A stretch of 64,000 bases of DNA from an uncultured Candidatus Rokubacteria bacterium (GCA_963826115.1 CAWGVS010000012.1:160001-224000); one strand, 5' to 3'; positions 1-12,585 are shown, counted from the stretch's first letter. The notes: generated by a model from the sequence alone, not told the origin. Numbers and translations: made by a program.

Positions 1-1407
1 GTAGAGGCGCTCGAGCCCGTGCTCCTGGAGGAGCGGCGCCTGGAACTCGCGGAGCCGCCACACGCCCTCGGCCCGCCCCCCGGTCCACGCGGCGACCTTC
101 TCCGGGTCCGCCTCGCCGACGGGCGCGCCGGCGAGGAGCGTCGCGAGCGCGCCCGGGACCGCCGCCGCCCCCGCCTCGGCCGCCACTTGGTCGAGCGGAT
201 AGCCGCTTCGCCCCGAGTTGAGGAGGTAGGCGGCCACCGCCGTGTCGTCGACCGCGTCCGCCCCCAGGGCGGTCCCGGTGGCGCGCGCCCAGGCGACGAG
301 CCCCTTGGTGTCGTGGCCCACCAGGCGGACGCCCGCGGGCACCTCGGGCGGGCCCGCGTGATAGACGGCCCCCGCCGCCGGCGTGTAGGCCGCCACGCCG
401 TGGAACGCGAGGTCGGGCGCGCTCCCGCTGAGCACCGGCTCGACGGCGACCGTGCCGCCGGCCCGCGTCAGGAACTCGCGCCACCCCGCCCGGTCGACGA
501 CCGGTACCGCCGTCGCCGGCAAGGTGGCGGCCCGCGCCGGGACCTGGCGGAGCAGCGTCGTGAACTCGAGCTCCGTCCACAGCGCGCGGAGGCGCTCCCA
601 CTCCGGCTCGCGGATGCGGAAGCGCTCGAGGTCGAACTCGATGGGGAGCGCGCCCTCGAGCACGGCCAGCTGGCGCGAGAGAAAGGCCTGGTCCCGGTTC
701 TTCGCCAGCGTCTCGCGGAGCTTCGGACCGGTGACCACCGCGAGGTTCGCGTAGAGCGCGTCGAGCCCGCCGAACTCCCGGAGGAGCTTCTGTGCCGTCA
801 CCTCGCCCACGCCCGGTACCCCGGGGATGTTGTCGATCGAGTCCCCCATGAGCCCGAGGATGTCCGGGATGCGCGCCGGCGGGACGCCCCACTTCTCCTC
901 GACCTTCGCCGGGTCGTAGACGACCCGCTCCCCCGTCCGGCCGAGGACCGAGAGCACGGTGACCTGCGCGTTGACCAGCTGGAGCGCGTCCTTGTCCGCC
1001 GTCACCAGCACGAGCTCGATGCCCGAATCGCGGAGGCGCTGGGCGGCGGTGGCGAGGATGTCGTCCGCCTCGTAGCCCGGCAGCTCGAGGAGCGGCAGCC
1101 CGAGCGTCTCGACCGACCGGCGCACCCACGGGATCTGCTCGACGAGGTCCTTGGGCATCCCGGGCCGCTGGAGCTTGTACGCCTCGAACTGCTGGTGGCG
1201 GATGGTCGGCCCCGGCGCGTCCCACGCGATCCCCATGTAGGTCGGCTGGTCCTCGCGGAGGAGCTTCCAGAGCATCATGGTCATCCCGAGCGTCGCGTTC
1301 GTCGGGAGGCCCCGCGACGTCGAGAGGTGGCCGATGGCGTGATAGGCGCGATAGAGGTAGGAAGGGCCGTCGACGAGGTAGAAGCGCTCGGGCGCGGCGG
1401 CGCTCAC
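1..1407 (-). CDS. polA: DNA polymerase I, 5' part (runs off the window start)
   Basis: Not in the ORF track. Reverse strand from GTG at 1407 reads MSAAAPERFYLVDGPSYLYRAYHA, then GYEADD, VTADKD and GDSIDNIPGVPGVG (5'-3' exonuclease domain). GTGA overlap with the glnE stop. Confidence 0.93.
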   Translation of the reverse strand, partial: MSAAAPERFYLVDGPSYLYRAYHAIGHLSTSRGLPTNATLGMTMMLWKLLREDQPTYMGIAWDAPGPTIRHQQFEAYKLQRPGMPKDLVEQIPWVRRSVETLGLPLLELPGYEADDILATAAQRLRDSGIELVLVTADKDALQLVNAQVTVLSVLGRTGERVVYDPAKVEEKWGVPPARIPDILGLMGDSIDNIPGVPGVGEVTAQKLLREFGGLDALYANLAVVTGPKLRETLAKNRDQAFLSRQLAVLEGALPIEFDLERFRIREPEWERLRALWTELEFTTLLRQVPARAATLPATAVPVVDRAGWREFLTRAGGTVAVEPVLSGSAPDLAFHGVAAYTPAAGAVYHAGPPEVPAGVRLVGHDTKGLVAWARATGTALGADAVDDTAVAAYLLNSGRSGYPLDQVAAEAGAAAVPGALATLLAGAPVGEADPEKVAAWTGGRAEGVWRLREFQAPLLQEHGLERLY

Positions 1408-4400
1408 GGTGTCACTCCGCCGGTCTCCCCGGCTCCCATCACCCGAAAATACTCCCCGCGCACGAACTCCGCCACCGCGCGGTGGCGAAGGAGGAGCGCC
1501 CGGCCGCTCTCGAGCCCGGCCTCGCGCGCGAGCCGTGCCAGCACGTGGCCCGTCGTCGGAAGACAGTCCGGCGGCCGCGTCTGGGCGAGGCGCAGGGACC
1601 GGAGGAGCCGCCGCAGGAACTGGTGGGCGTCCAGGAGCTGGCCGGCCGTGTCCGCCGGCAGGAGGCCCTGCGCGCCGAGCGCGGCGAGCGCGCGCCGCGT
1701 CGACGGGGAGCGGAGCGCGCCGCGGCGGCCACCGTGGGCGAGCTGCAGGACCTGGACGAGGAACTCCACGTCGACCAGGCCGCCGGCGCCGAACTTCAGA
1801 TGGATGCGCCCGGGCCCCTCGCGGCCGAGCTCCTTCTCCATCCGGGTCCGCACGTGGCGGATCTCCGCGCGCTCCGCGTCCGAGAGCCCGGGGCCGAAGA
1901 CGCGGGCTCGCCGGAGGGCGACGAACCGCCGCGCGAGCGCGGCGTCGCCGAGGATGGGGCGGGCGCGCACGAGCGCCTGGCGCTCCCAGAGCGCGGCCTC
2001 GCCTCGGAGGTAGCGGTCGAGGGTCTCGAGCGAATGCGCCAGCGCGGTGGCCTTGCCCCCCTGGCGGAGCCGGAGGTCCACGCGGAACACCTGGCCCGTC
2101 CGTGTAATGGCGGTCAGGAGGGTATTGAGGCGGTCGACGATGCGATCGAAGAAGACGTGGCTCTCCGGCCCCGTCTCCCCCGGCCCGCCGTACAGCACCA
2201 CCAGGTCGAGATCGGAGCCGTAGTCGAGCTCGCGGCCGCCGAGCTTGCCCATGCCGACCACCAGCGCCGGCACCGGGCGCTCGCCGGCCACGGGCTCGCC
2301 GAGGACGGCGCGGGCCTCGGCGTACGCGACATCCCACGCGATCCCGACGCACGCCTCGGCCAGCTCCCCGAGCGCCCACGCGACCCGCGCCGGCGCCTCG
2401 CCGAGGATCAGGTCGCGCCAGGCGATCTCGAGCTCCTCCCGCTGCTTGAAGAGCCGCAGCCGGTCGGCGACGTCCGCCCCCGGGTCGGCGAAGTCCCGGA
2501 ATGCGTCCCGGAGCCGGCGCGCGGAGCGGGGCGCCGAGCCCGCTGCCGGGCCGAGCGTGTCGAGCAGCTCCGGTCGCGCGATCAGCGTCTGGGCGAGCCG
2601 CTCCGACCGCGTGAAGAACGTGAGCACGCCCCCCAGGAGCGTGGGCGTCTCGGCCAGTCGCGCGAGGTACGCGGTCCTCGGCCCCGCGGTGGCGACGAAG
2701 CGCTCCAGCGCGTCCAGGGCCGCGTCGGGGTCCGGCACCGCGCGGAGAGCATCGAGCGTCGCGGGCAGGAGCGTCCGGAGGGCGGTGCGGACGGCCGACG
2801 GCACCGCGACCAGCGCCGGCCCCTCCCAGAGGAGCCGGAGGTTCTGGCGGGCGCGCTCCGGATCCGCGAAGCCGACGGCGGCGATGGCCGCGGCGTCCCA
2901 GGGCGGCGCGTCCGGCGTCGCGCGACCCGCCGTGTCGAAGAAGCCCTCGAAGGCGGCGCGCACGGTCCGCCGCGTCCGGTCGTAGTCGAGGAGGAACGCC
3001 TCCGCGACCGCCTCCCGGTCCCCCGCGTATCCGAGGCGCCGCGCCAGCTTCGCCAGCTCGTCGGGATCCGCCGGCAGCGTGTGCGTCTGGAGCGCGTGGA
3101 GGAGCATGAGGCGATGCTCGACCGTCCGCAGGAAGACGTAGGCCCGCGCCAGCCGGCCCGACTCCTCCCACGAGAGGTATCCGCGCTCGGCGAGCCGGTG
3201 GAGGGCGCGCAGGCTGTTCCGCTCGCGGAGCCAGGGATCCTGCCCGCCGTAGAGGAGCTGGAGCGCCTGGATGTGGAACTCGATGTCGCGGATCCCGCCC
3301 ACGCCCAGCTTGACGTGGCGCTCCTGCTGACCGCGCGCGCGGAGGCGCCGGTCGATGCGGTTCTTCATCGCCCGGATCTCGCCGAGCGCTTCGCGCTCGA
3401 GCCCCGGGCGATAGACGATCTCGCGCGCGAGGTCGAGGAACGCCTGCCCCACTCGCTCGTCGCCCGCCGCCACCCGGGCCTTGATGAGCGCCTGGCGCTC
3501 CCACAAGGCGGCCCGCGCCTGGTGGTAGGCGCGGTACGCGGCGAGCGGGAGGGCGAGCGGCCCGCCGGTGCCCTCCGGGCGGAGGCGGAGGTCCACCCGG
3601 TAGACCGTGCCCTCCTCCGTCATCGCGGTGAGCGCCCCGACCAGCTGCTCGGCCAGCCGGGCGAAGTACGTGCGGCTCGAGACGACCTCCGGCCCGTCCG
3701 TCTCGCCCTCGGCGTCGTAGACGAAGCAGAGGTCGATGTCGGACGAGTAGTTGAGCTCCGCGCCCCCGTGCTTGCCGAGCGCGATCACGGCGAAGCCGGT
3801 CGGCGTGCGCTCTCCGCCCGCGCCCGCGTGTCCCGGCCGCCCGTAGCGCGCGTGGAGGGCGGGCTCCACGATCGCCCAGGCCTGCGCGAGGCAGGCGTCG
3901 GCGAGCTCCGACAGCTCCTGCGTGGTCGTGACGAGGTCGGCGTCCCCGAGGAGGTCGCGGAGGCCGATCCGGCAGAGCTCGCGGCGCTTCACCCGCCGGA
4001 GCGCGTTCAGCCGGGCCTCGTCGGTCCGGAACGGACGGCCGGCGCGCGCCACCTCCGCGTGCATGGCCTCGCGGGAGCGCGTCTGCATCACGCTCGGATC
4101 GAGGAGCCACGCGACCGTCTGCGGCGAGCGGATCAACGCGTCGCTCAGGAACTGGCTGGTCGCCGCGAGGGTGGACAGGATCGGGATCGCCTGGGGATGG
4201 GCGGCGAGCAGGCCGTAGAAGCCCCGCCGGTCCAGGGCCGCCCCCGCCAGGCGCTCGAGGTTGTTGAGCGCCATGTCGGGATCGGCGGAGGTCCCCACGT
4301 GGTGGAGGAGCCGCGGGAGCAGCGGCGCCAGCTGGTCGCGGAGATCGGGCGTCTCGGCCAGCCGCCGGAGGTTCGCCAGCGCGCCGCCGGGCTCCTGGAA

Positions 4401-4505
4401 CCCCAGCCGCGCGAGCGCCGCGAGACACGCCGGCGGCGGGACCGCCGGGTCGAGGAAATCGGCCGCCGGAGGAAGCGCGGGAGCGGCCGGCCGCTCCGTC
4501 AGCAC
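1404..4505 (-). CDS. glnE: Bifunctional glutamine synthetase adenylyltransferase/adenylyl-removing enzyme
   Basis: Two nucleotidyltransferase halves: GKHGGAELNYSSDIDL...RVDLRLRPEG...WERQALIKAR and GKLGGRELDYGSDLDL...RVDLRLR...KFGAGGLVDVEF. Confidence 0.95.
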   Translation of the reverse strand: MLTERPAAPALPPAADFLDPAVPPPACLAALARLGFQEPGGALANLRRLAETPDLRDQLAPLLPRLLHHVGTSADPDMALNNLERLAGAALDRRGFYGLLAAHPQAIPILSTLAATSQFLSDALIRSPQTVAWLLDPSVMQTRSREAMHAEVARAGRPFRTDEARLNALRRVKRRELCRIGLRDLLGDADLVTTTQELSELADACLAQAWAIVEPALHARYGRPGHAGAGGERTPTGFAVIALGKHGGAELNYSSDIDLCFVYDAEGETDGPEVVSSRTYFARLAEQLVGALTAMTEEGTVYRVDLRLRPEGTGGPLALPLAAYRAYHQARAALWERQALIKARVAAGDERVGQAFLDLAREIVYRPGLEREALGEIRAMKNRIDRRLRARGQQERHVKLGVGGIRDIEFHIQALQLLYGGQDPWLRERNSLRALHRLAERGYLSWEESGRLARAYVFLRTVEHRLMLLHALQTHTLPADPDELAKLARRLGYAGDREAVAEAFLLDYDRTRRTVRAAFEGFFDTAGRATPDAPPWDAAAIAAVGFADPERARQNLRLLWEGPALVAVPSAVRTALRTLLPATLDALRAVPDPDAALDALERFVATAGPRTAYLARLAETPTLLGGVLTFFTRSERLAQTLIARPELLDTLGPAAGSAPRSARRLRDAFRDFADPGADVADRLRLFKQREELEIAWRDLILGEAPARVAWALGELAEACVGIAWDVAYAEARAVLGEPVAGERPVPALVVGMGKLGGRELDYGSDLDLVVLYGGPGETGPESHVFFDRIVDRLNTLLTAITRTGQVFRVDLRLRQGGKATALAHSLETLDRYLRGEAALWERQALVRARPILGDAALARRFVALRRARVFGPGLSDAERAEIRHVRTRMEKELGREGPGRIHLKFGAGGLVDVEFLVQVLQLAHGGRRGALRSPSTRRALAALGAQGLLPADTAGQLLDAHQFLRRLLRSLRLAQTRPPDCLPTTGHVLARLAREAGLESGRALLLRHRAVAEFVRGEYFRVMGAGETGGVTP

Positions 4506-4532
4506 GCGCGCGTCCCCTGGCCGGGCGGCGGG

Positions 4533-6369
<1,837 letters not shown>

Positions 6370-6373
<4 letters not shown>

Positions 6374-7980
6374 TGCTCGATGATCGGGTACACCAGCGCG
6401 GTCACGTGCGAGCTGATGCGCTTGAGGTTCGTGAGCACGTCGAGGTGGATCTCGGAGGTCTCCACGGACTCGGCGAGCCCCGCCCGGAGGCGGTCGATGT
6501 GCGATTGCCGGAGATCCCGCTCCCGCTGGCGCACCACCGGTCGCTGGTCGAGGACCTCCTGGGCGAGCGTGCGGTCGCTCGCCGTGAACGCGACGACGGC
6601 GCGCTCGAAGTTCTTCGACACCAGCGCGTGGAACTCGATGAGCTCCGCCTCGCCGGGCTCGGAGAAGCGTCGGCCCTGGTAGAGCTTCTTCCGGGCGAGC
6701 TCCATGAGGTTCTTGTCGATGATGTCGCCGATGTTCTCGAGGTTGCCGATGAACCCCAGGAGGGCGATCTCCCGGCGCGCGAGGTCCTCGGTCATGATCT
6801 GGCGGTCCAGGCGGGTAAGGTAGAGCTTGACCTCGCGCTCCAGGAAGTCCACCTGATCGTCCCGCCGCACCACGTCCTCGAGGAGCTCCTGGCTCCCGTT
6901 GCGAAAGACGATGGCCGCGTCGCGCAGCATCGCCTGGACGATGTCGGCCATCCGGGCCGCCTCGCGAGAGGCCTGGCCGATCGCCAGGCTGGGTTGCTCC
7001 ATGAATCGCGCGTCCAGGTAGCGCGTCCCGAAGCGCTGCTCCGACTCCGGCCGGTCCGGCACGGCGGCGATGATCGCCCGGGCCGCGAGCGGCTGGAAGG
7101 GCAGGAACACGAGGGAGATGGCCACGTTGAAGAAGGTATGGGCGTTGGCGATCTGGCGCGCGGGGTCCGACGCGCTGGCGGCCACCAGCGTCACGAACGG
7201 GTCGAGGAACGGGAGCACGATCGCCACCCCGAGGAGCTTGAAGCCGACGTGGGCCACGGCGACCCGGCGCGCTTCCGTCGACGAGCCGAGCGAGGCCGTG
7301 AGCGCCGTCACGCAGGTGCCGATGTTGGCGCCGAGGACGAGCGGGAGCGCGCTCGGCAGGGTGAGGAGCCCGTGCGACGCGAGCGCCAGCACGAGGCCGA
7401 TGGTGGCGGCCGAGGACGCGACCAGGGCCGCGAAAACCGCGGAGGCGGCGACGCCGAGAAGCGGCGTCTCGGCGAAGGCGAGCAGCGCCTGGGCGACGAT
7501 CGCGCTGTCCTTGAGCGGCTCCATCCCCTCGATCATCAGCTTCAGCCCGAGGAAGATCAGGCCGAACCCGAGGGTGGCGTGCCCCAGGTCCTTCAGGAGC
7601 CGCCGCTTCCCGAGGAAGGTCATCGCGAACCCGATCCCGACGAACAGCAGCGCGTAGTCGTAGATGTGGAACGCCAGCAGCTGGACGGTGAAGGTCGTCC
7701 CGATGTCGGCGCCCAGGATGATGCCCATCGCCTGGTAGAGCGTGAGGAGCCCCGCCTGGACGAAGCCGATCACCATGATCGTCGTCGCGGTCGACGACTG
7801 GATCAGCGCGGTCGCCGCGGCGCCCGTCAGGAGGGCCGTGAACCGGTTCGCCGTCAGGTGGGTCAGCACCTGGCGCAGGCGGGCGCCCGCGAGCCGCTGA
7901 AGCCCGTCGCCGGTGTGCTGCATCCCGTAGAGGAGGAGCGCCATCCCCCCGAGCAGGACGATCAGGAGCCGCGAGGTCAT
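6370..7980 (-). CDS. Na/Pi cotransporter family protein with C-terminal PhoU-like domains
   Basis: Start MTSRLL at 7980; QSSTATT, GADIGTT, GANIGT and AHTFFN motifs; helical C-terminus with LENIGD. Confidence 0.88.
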
Positions 7981-8600
7981 GGCGTGATCGCCTCGCGCGC
8001 CACGTCCGCCAGGTGGCCGGTCTCGTTGACCCCGAGCAACCGGCCGACCGGCAGCTCGACGCGCGTGATCGACGCGTTGGCGAGTCTGAACGACCAGATC
8101 GCGTTGAGCGGCCGGCCGAGCCAGCCGCACAGCGCGCTCGAGATGACGCCTCCGTGCGACACGACGAGGACGCGGCCGTCCGGATGCGCCGCGCTCAGCC
8201 CGTCGAGGGCCGTCCGCACCCGGTCGACCAGCACCGACATCGGCTCCCCGCCGGGGGCCGGATGGTCCACCGGCGCCTCGAGCCAGCGCCGGTAGTGGTC
8301 CCCGGCCCGCGCTTCCACGGTGTCGAGGGTCAGGCCCTCCCAGTCCCCCAGCCCGATCTCTCTGAGATCGGCGAGCGCGACCGGCGCGAGGCCCAGGCGC
8401 ATGCCGCACGCCGCGGCCGTGTCCCGCGCGCGGAGGAGCGGGCTCGTGTAGAGCGCGTCGAACCGGGTGCCGCCGAGGCCCGCGGCGAGGGCCGAGGCCT
8501 GGGCGCGGCCGCGCGGTGACAGGGGCGCGTCGAGCGCGCCCTGGAGGCGGCGCTCCGAGTTCCAGGTGGACTCGCCGTGGCGCACGAGCCAGCACTCCAT
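7977..8600 (-). CDS. Histidine phosphatase family protein (phosphoglycerate mutase-like)
   Basis: LVRHGE, SPLLRARDT, LREIGLGDWEG, VSHGG. Confidence 0.9.
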   Translation of the reverse strand: MECWLVRHGESTWNSERRLQGALDAPLSPRGRAQASALAAGLGGTRFDALYTSPLLRARDTAAACGMRLGLAPVALADLREIGLGDWEGLTLDTVEARAGDHYRRWLEAPVDHPAPGGEPMSVLVDRVRTALDGLSAAHPDGRVLVVSHGGVISSALCGWLGRPLNAIWSFRLANASITRVELPVGRLLGVNETGHLADVAREAITP

Positions 8601-8607
8601 CAGAGGG

Positions 8608-10065
8608 CTAGGCTCGCGGCACGCGGTCCCGGAACGCGCGGAGACGGCGGAGCGTCGTCTCCCGTCCGAGGTCGGCCATCATGCCGAAGAGGGGCGGACT
8701 CGCGGTCTCGCCCGTGAGCGCCAGACGGATCGGCTGGGCAACGTCGACGAGCTTCAGCCCCAGCTCGCCGGCAAGCTGCCGGCAGGCCCCCTCGAGCTCG
8801 CTCTCGGTCCACGGCTCGAGCGCGGCCAGGCGCGCGAGGAGCCGGTCCAGACGAGGTCCGAGCGCCGGCGTCGCGAGCTTGCCGAGCGCGGTCGGGTCGT
8901 ACGCCACCGGGTCCTCGAAGTAGAAGCGCGCCCGGGGCGCCATGGCCGCGAGCGTGGTCGCGCGCGTCGCGAGGTTGGCGAGGGCGGCCAGGACGAGCGG
9001 TCGCGGCGGGCTCGCGATCCCGGCGCCTTCGAGGTGCGGCACGAACGCGCTCACCAGCGCGTCCCGGCCCGCGGGGTCCTCGACGAGCTGCTTCATCCAT
9101 GTCTGGTTCAGCCACTCGAGCTTCGTCTGGTCGAAGATCGCGGGCGTGGACCCAACGTGCTGGAGGTCGAAGAGCTGGATCAGCTCCTCCGTGGTGAACA
9201 CCTCCTGGTCCCCGTGCGCCCACCCGAGCCGCGCGAAGTAGTTCACCATCGCCTCGGGGAGGAACCCCTCGTCGCGGAACGCGAGCACGGACGTCGCCCC
9301 GTGGCGCTTCGACAGGCGCTTCCGGTCCGCGCCGAGGATCATCGGGATGTGCGCGAACACGGGCAGCGGGTAGCCGAGGGCCTGGTAGCAGAGGATCTGC
9401 TTCGGCGTGTTCGACAGGTGGTCGTTCCCGCGGATCACGTGGGTGATCTTCATCGTCACGTCGTCGACCACCACGCAGAAGTTGTAGGTCGGCGTGCCGT
9501 CCGAGCGGACGAGGATCCAGTCGTCGAGGGTCGCGTGGTCGAAGGTGACGTCCCCGTGGATCAGGTCCGGCACCACGGTCGTCCCGGCGTCCGGGATCCG
9601 GAGCCGGAGCGCCGCGGGGACGCCGGCACGCGGCGGGAGGTCGCGGCAGCGCCCGTCGTAGCGGAAGGTCTCCCCGCGGGCCTGGGCCGCCTCGCGCCGG
9701 GCGTCGAGCTCCTCCGGCGTGCAGTAGCACCGGTAGGCGCGGCCCTCGGCCAGGAGCCGCTCGGCGTGCGCGCGGTAGATCTCGAAGCGGCTGGTCTGGC
9801 GCGAGTACCCGCCGTAGGTGCCGTCGTCCTCGGGGCCCTCGCGGTCCCAGTCGAGGCCGAGCCACGTCAGCGCGTCGAGGATCTGGCGGATCGCCTCGTC
9901 GGTGGACCGGTCGCGGTCGGTGTCCTCGATCCGCAGGAGGAACGCCCCCCGGTGATGCCGGGCGAAGAGCCAGTTGAAGAGCGCCGTCCGGGCGCCGCCC
10001 ACGTGGAGGTGCCCGGTCGGGCTCGGCGCGAAGCGGACACGGACAGACTCGACCGGTGTGGCCAT
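8608..10065 (-). CDS. gltX: Glutamate--tRNA ligase
   Basis: RFAPSPTGHLHVGG (HIGH), LRIEDTD, CYCTPEEL, IRGNDHLSNTPKQ, RLSKR (KMSKS), C-terminal anticodon-binding region. Confidence 0.96.
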   Translation of the reverse strand: MATPVESVRVRFAPSPTGHLHVGGARTALFNWLFARHHRGAFLLRIEDTDRDRSTDEAIRQILDALTWLGLDWDREGPEDDGTYGGYSRQTSRFEIYRAHAERLLAEGRAYRCYCTPEELDARREAAQARGETFRYDGRCRDLPPRAGVPAALRLRIPDAGTTVVPDLIHGDVTFDHATLDDWILVRSDGTPTYNFCVVVDDVTMKITHVIRGNDHLSNTPKQILCYQALGYPLPVFAHIPMILGADRKRLSKRHGATSVLAFRDEGFLPEAMVNYFARLGWAHGDQEVFTTEELIQLFDLQHVGSTPAIFDQTKLEWLNQTWMKQLVEDPAGRDALVSAFVPHLEGAGIASPPRPLVLAALANLATRATTLAAMAPRARFYFEDPVAYDPTALGKLATPALGPRLDRLLARLAALEPWTESELEGACRQLAGELGLKLVDVAQPIRLALTGETASPPLFGMMADLGRETTLRRLRAFRDRVPRA

Positions 10066-10074
10066 AGGCGATTG

Positions 10075-10104
10075 ATTCTAGAGGAAATCTACCCTGCCCC
10101 TCAA
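10075..10104 (-). promoter_or_regulatory. Putative sigma70 promoter of gltX
   Basis: Minus strand TTGAGG-18 nt-TAGAAT ending 9 nt before the ATG; no Shine-Dalgarno. Confidence 0.5.
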
Positions 10105-10142
10105 GGAACCGGCGCGCCGCCCGGTTGCCTCGAGGGCTCGCG

Positions 10143-11447
10143 TCAGCGGACGGCGGGCCCGGCGTGGGCTCGGCGGCGGCGCGCGGCCAGCTCGGGCGCC
10201 TCGCGCAGCGTCGTGGCCAGGATGGGGAGCGACGTCTTGAACGCCTGGACGCCGGTCCGCCGGATCACGGCCGGGGCCGTGCCGACGGAGGGGAAGCCCT
10301 GGGCGTCGGGCGCGAGGGACTCCCAGTTGGCGAACAGCCGACCCCAGTCGCTCTCCAGGCACGCGCGCATCTGCCGCCGGCCGAACAGGGGGTACCAGAA
10401 CGAGTCGTGGTAGAGCACGCTCGCCAGGTACGCCCACGGGGCCAGCACCGTCTTGAGCGACCACTCGATCGGCTTCTTCAGCGGCCCCCAGTAGATCTGG
10501 TGCTGCATGCGCGACGCGAAGGTCATGCGGCGGAACGGCCCGACGAAGTGCCAGTTCTCGGCGGCGGCCGTCGCGTCCCCGACGACGTCGATGTCGCGCA
10601 CGTCGCCCACGCCCAGGCCGGCCTCGTGGGCGAGCCGAATGTAGCGGATCTTCAGGGGATCGAACCCCATCAAGCGCGCGGCGACCGCGTCGATCGCGAC
10701 CTGGTCCCGGCTCGCCAGGATGACGTTCTTCACGTGCGGCGTCATGCAGCGCGGGCCCGGCCCGTCGCCGGCGAACGTGCCGTCCATCACCGCGAAGACG
10801 CCCCGGTGGATCCGCTGCTGGATCATCAGGAGGTCGACCAGCGTCTCGTGGATCACCGGGTGGGTCCAGTGGCGGCGCTCGTTGAGCAGGCCCCCGAAGG
10901 CGTTCTTCATCGCGCCCGTGGTCGTCGTGAACACGTGCGTCTTCACCGTCGGGAGGTGGACGATGTTCTCGCCCAGGAACCGCCGGGGGATGTGGAAGCC
11001 CTTCGGGTAGACGTCGTTCAGGCAGAGGAAGCGCCGCGTGAGGTCGCCCACCGCCTCGCGGATCGGGATCCACTCCTCGTCCCCCTCGTAGAGGTGGACG
11101 TTGCGGAGCCCGTGGGCCTCCACGACGGGCAGCTGCTTGTTCTCGCGCTCGCCCAGGTGGGCGTCGATCACCACCGTGCGGTTGTGGCACGCGTGGATCC
11201 GCGCGGGGTCGTAGCCGTCCTGCTTCATCGCCCGGATGACGCCGTCGAGCTGCCAGGGCGTCGTCGAGCTGCCCGGGAAGAAGAAGTGCCAGGAGATGTT
11301 GACCTTGAGCGCGGTGTCGGCGGCCGGGTCGATCACGTCGCGGTACCCGGCGAGGTTCAGGAGCTCGTGATAGTCGCCGAAGACCGTGCGCGGAGAGGTC
11401 CGCAGGATCGCCACCACGCTGCGTCGCGCGCCACCGGTCGGCATCAC
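10143..11447 (-). CDS. DUF362 domain-containing protein
   Basis: ALKVNISW, HLPTVKTHVFTTTTGAMKNAFGG, MDGTFAGDGPGP, DQVAIDAVAARLMGFDP. Start may be the ATG at 11444. Confidence 0.8.
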   Translation of the reverse strand: MMPTGGARRSVVAILRTSPRTVFGDYHELLNLAGYRDVIDPAADTALKVNISWHFFFPGSSTTPWQLDGVIRAMKQDGYDPARIHACHNRTVVIDAHLGERENKQLPVVEAHGLRNVHLYEGDEEWIPIREAVGDLTRRFLCLNDVYPKGFHIPRRFLGENIVHLPTVKTHVFTTTTGAMKNAFGGLLNERRHWTHPVIHETLVDLLMIQQRIHRGVFAVMDGTFAGDGPGPRCMTPHVKNVILASRDQVAIDAVAARLMGFDPLKIRYIRLAHEAGLGVGDVRDIDVVGDATAAAENWHFVGPFRRMTFASRMQHQIYWGPLKKPIEWSLKTVLAPWAYLASVLYHDSFWYPLFGRRQMRACLESDWGRLFANWESLAPDAQGFPSVGTAPAVIRRTGVQAFKTSLPILATTLREAPELAARRRRAHAGPAVR

Positions 11448-11676
11448 GTGATTCTACCACTTGTCACCACTGCACCTCCGCACCGCTGGACCCGGCGCGG
11501 CGAGCGGCAGTCCGCACACGCGCCGGCGCGCGGGCTCTCTCGTGTCAGGCGTCCTCCCGTTGACACTCGCCACCCCGTGTGGTCCGATCGCGTGTTGGAC
11601 CACGCTCGTCGCGGTGATGGGCGCGGCCCGAACTCATTCTCGAGATGGGCCGCCACGTCGACCCAGGAGGATCTAG

Positions 11677-12501
11677 ATGATTCGGAGAGGCACGCGCATT
11701 GGGGTTCTAGCCATCATCGGGCTTCTGGCGCTGGCGTTGTGGCCGGGTGTCGCCCGCGCCCAGGCGCCGGCGGCGCAGGACACGCTGCAGGCCGTGATCA
11801 AGAAGGGCGAGCTGGTCGTCGGCACGTTCGATTTCTTCCCGCCGTGGGGCTACCGCGACGCCCAGAACAACATCGTCGGGATGGACGTCGACATCGCGAA
11901 GGACCTCGCCGAGCAGATGAAGGTGAAGCTCACGCTCGTGGCGGTGCCGACCGCGCCCGACCGGATCAACTTCCTGGTCGCCGGCAAGATCGACGTCGCG
12001 ATCTCGAACTTCACGGCCACGGTCGAGCGCTCGAAGACGATCACCTTCACCGAGCCGTACGTGATCGACGGGTTCGGCGTCATCTTCAACAAGACGGCGA
12101 AGATCAAGGACTGGCCGGACCTGAACGGGAAGAAGGTCGCGGTGACGACCGGCTCCACCGGCGAGATCCTGCTGTCGCAGAAGGCCCCCAAGGCGACGGC
12201 CCTCCGCTTCGACCAGGCGTCGGCGGCGCTGCTCGCGCTCCAGCAGGGCAAGGCCGACGCGCAGATCGAGGACTACACCTACACCGTCTACCACGCGGGC
12301 CGCGACCCGAAGAAGGCGCTCGGCTTCATCGAGAAGCCCTTCGACCTGAACCCGTACGCGTTCGGGGTCCGCAAGAACGACCAGGAGTGGCTCAACTTCC
12401 TGAACTTCTACATCTACAAGCTCCACCAGAGCGGGAAGATGAAGGAGCTCTACAAGAAGTGGTTCAACGCCGAGCCCGCCAAGGTCGCGCCTAGCTGGTA
12501 G
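11677..12501 (+). CDS. Polar amino-acid ABC transporter substrate-binding protein
   Basis: Signal peptide ending ARA-Q; FPPWGY...GMDVDIA, TVERSKTITFTEPY, YKKWF; AGGAGG RBS. Confidence 0.92.
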   Translation: MIRRGTRIGVLAIIGLLALALWPGVARAQAPAAQDTLQAVIKKGELVVGTFDFFPPWGYRDAQNNIVGMDVDIAKDLAEQMKVKLTLVAVPTAPDRINFLVAGKIDVAISNFTATVERSKTITFTEPYVIDGFGVIFNKTAKIKDWPDLNGKKVAVTTGSTGEILLSQKAPKATALRFDQASAALLALQQGKADAQIEDYTYTVYHAGRDPKKALGFIEKPFDLNPYAFGVRKNDQEWLNFLNFYIYKLHQSGKMKELYKKWFNAEPAKVAPSW

Positions 12502-12517
12502 TCGGCTCTCGGGGACA

Positions 12518-12547
12518 CCGTCCGGGGCGGGCGCCCGCCCCGGACGG
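12518..12547. repeat. Perfect 30-bp GC-rich palindrome between binding-protein and permease genes
   Basis: ccgtccggggcgggc followed by its exact reverse complement gcccgccccggacgg; no U-tract. Confidence 0.8.
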
Positions 12548-12585
12548 CGCCGCCCCGGCCTTCCCTGCCCGACCCCCCGACGCTC

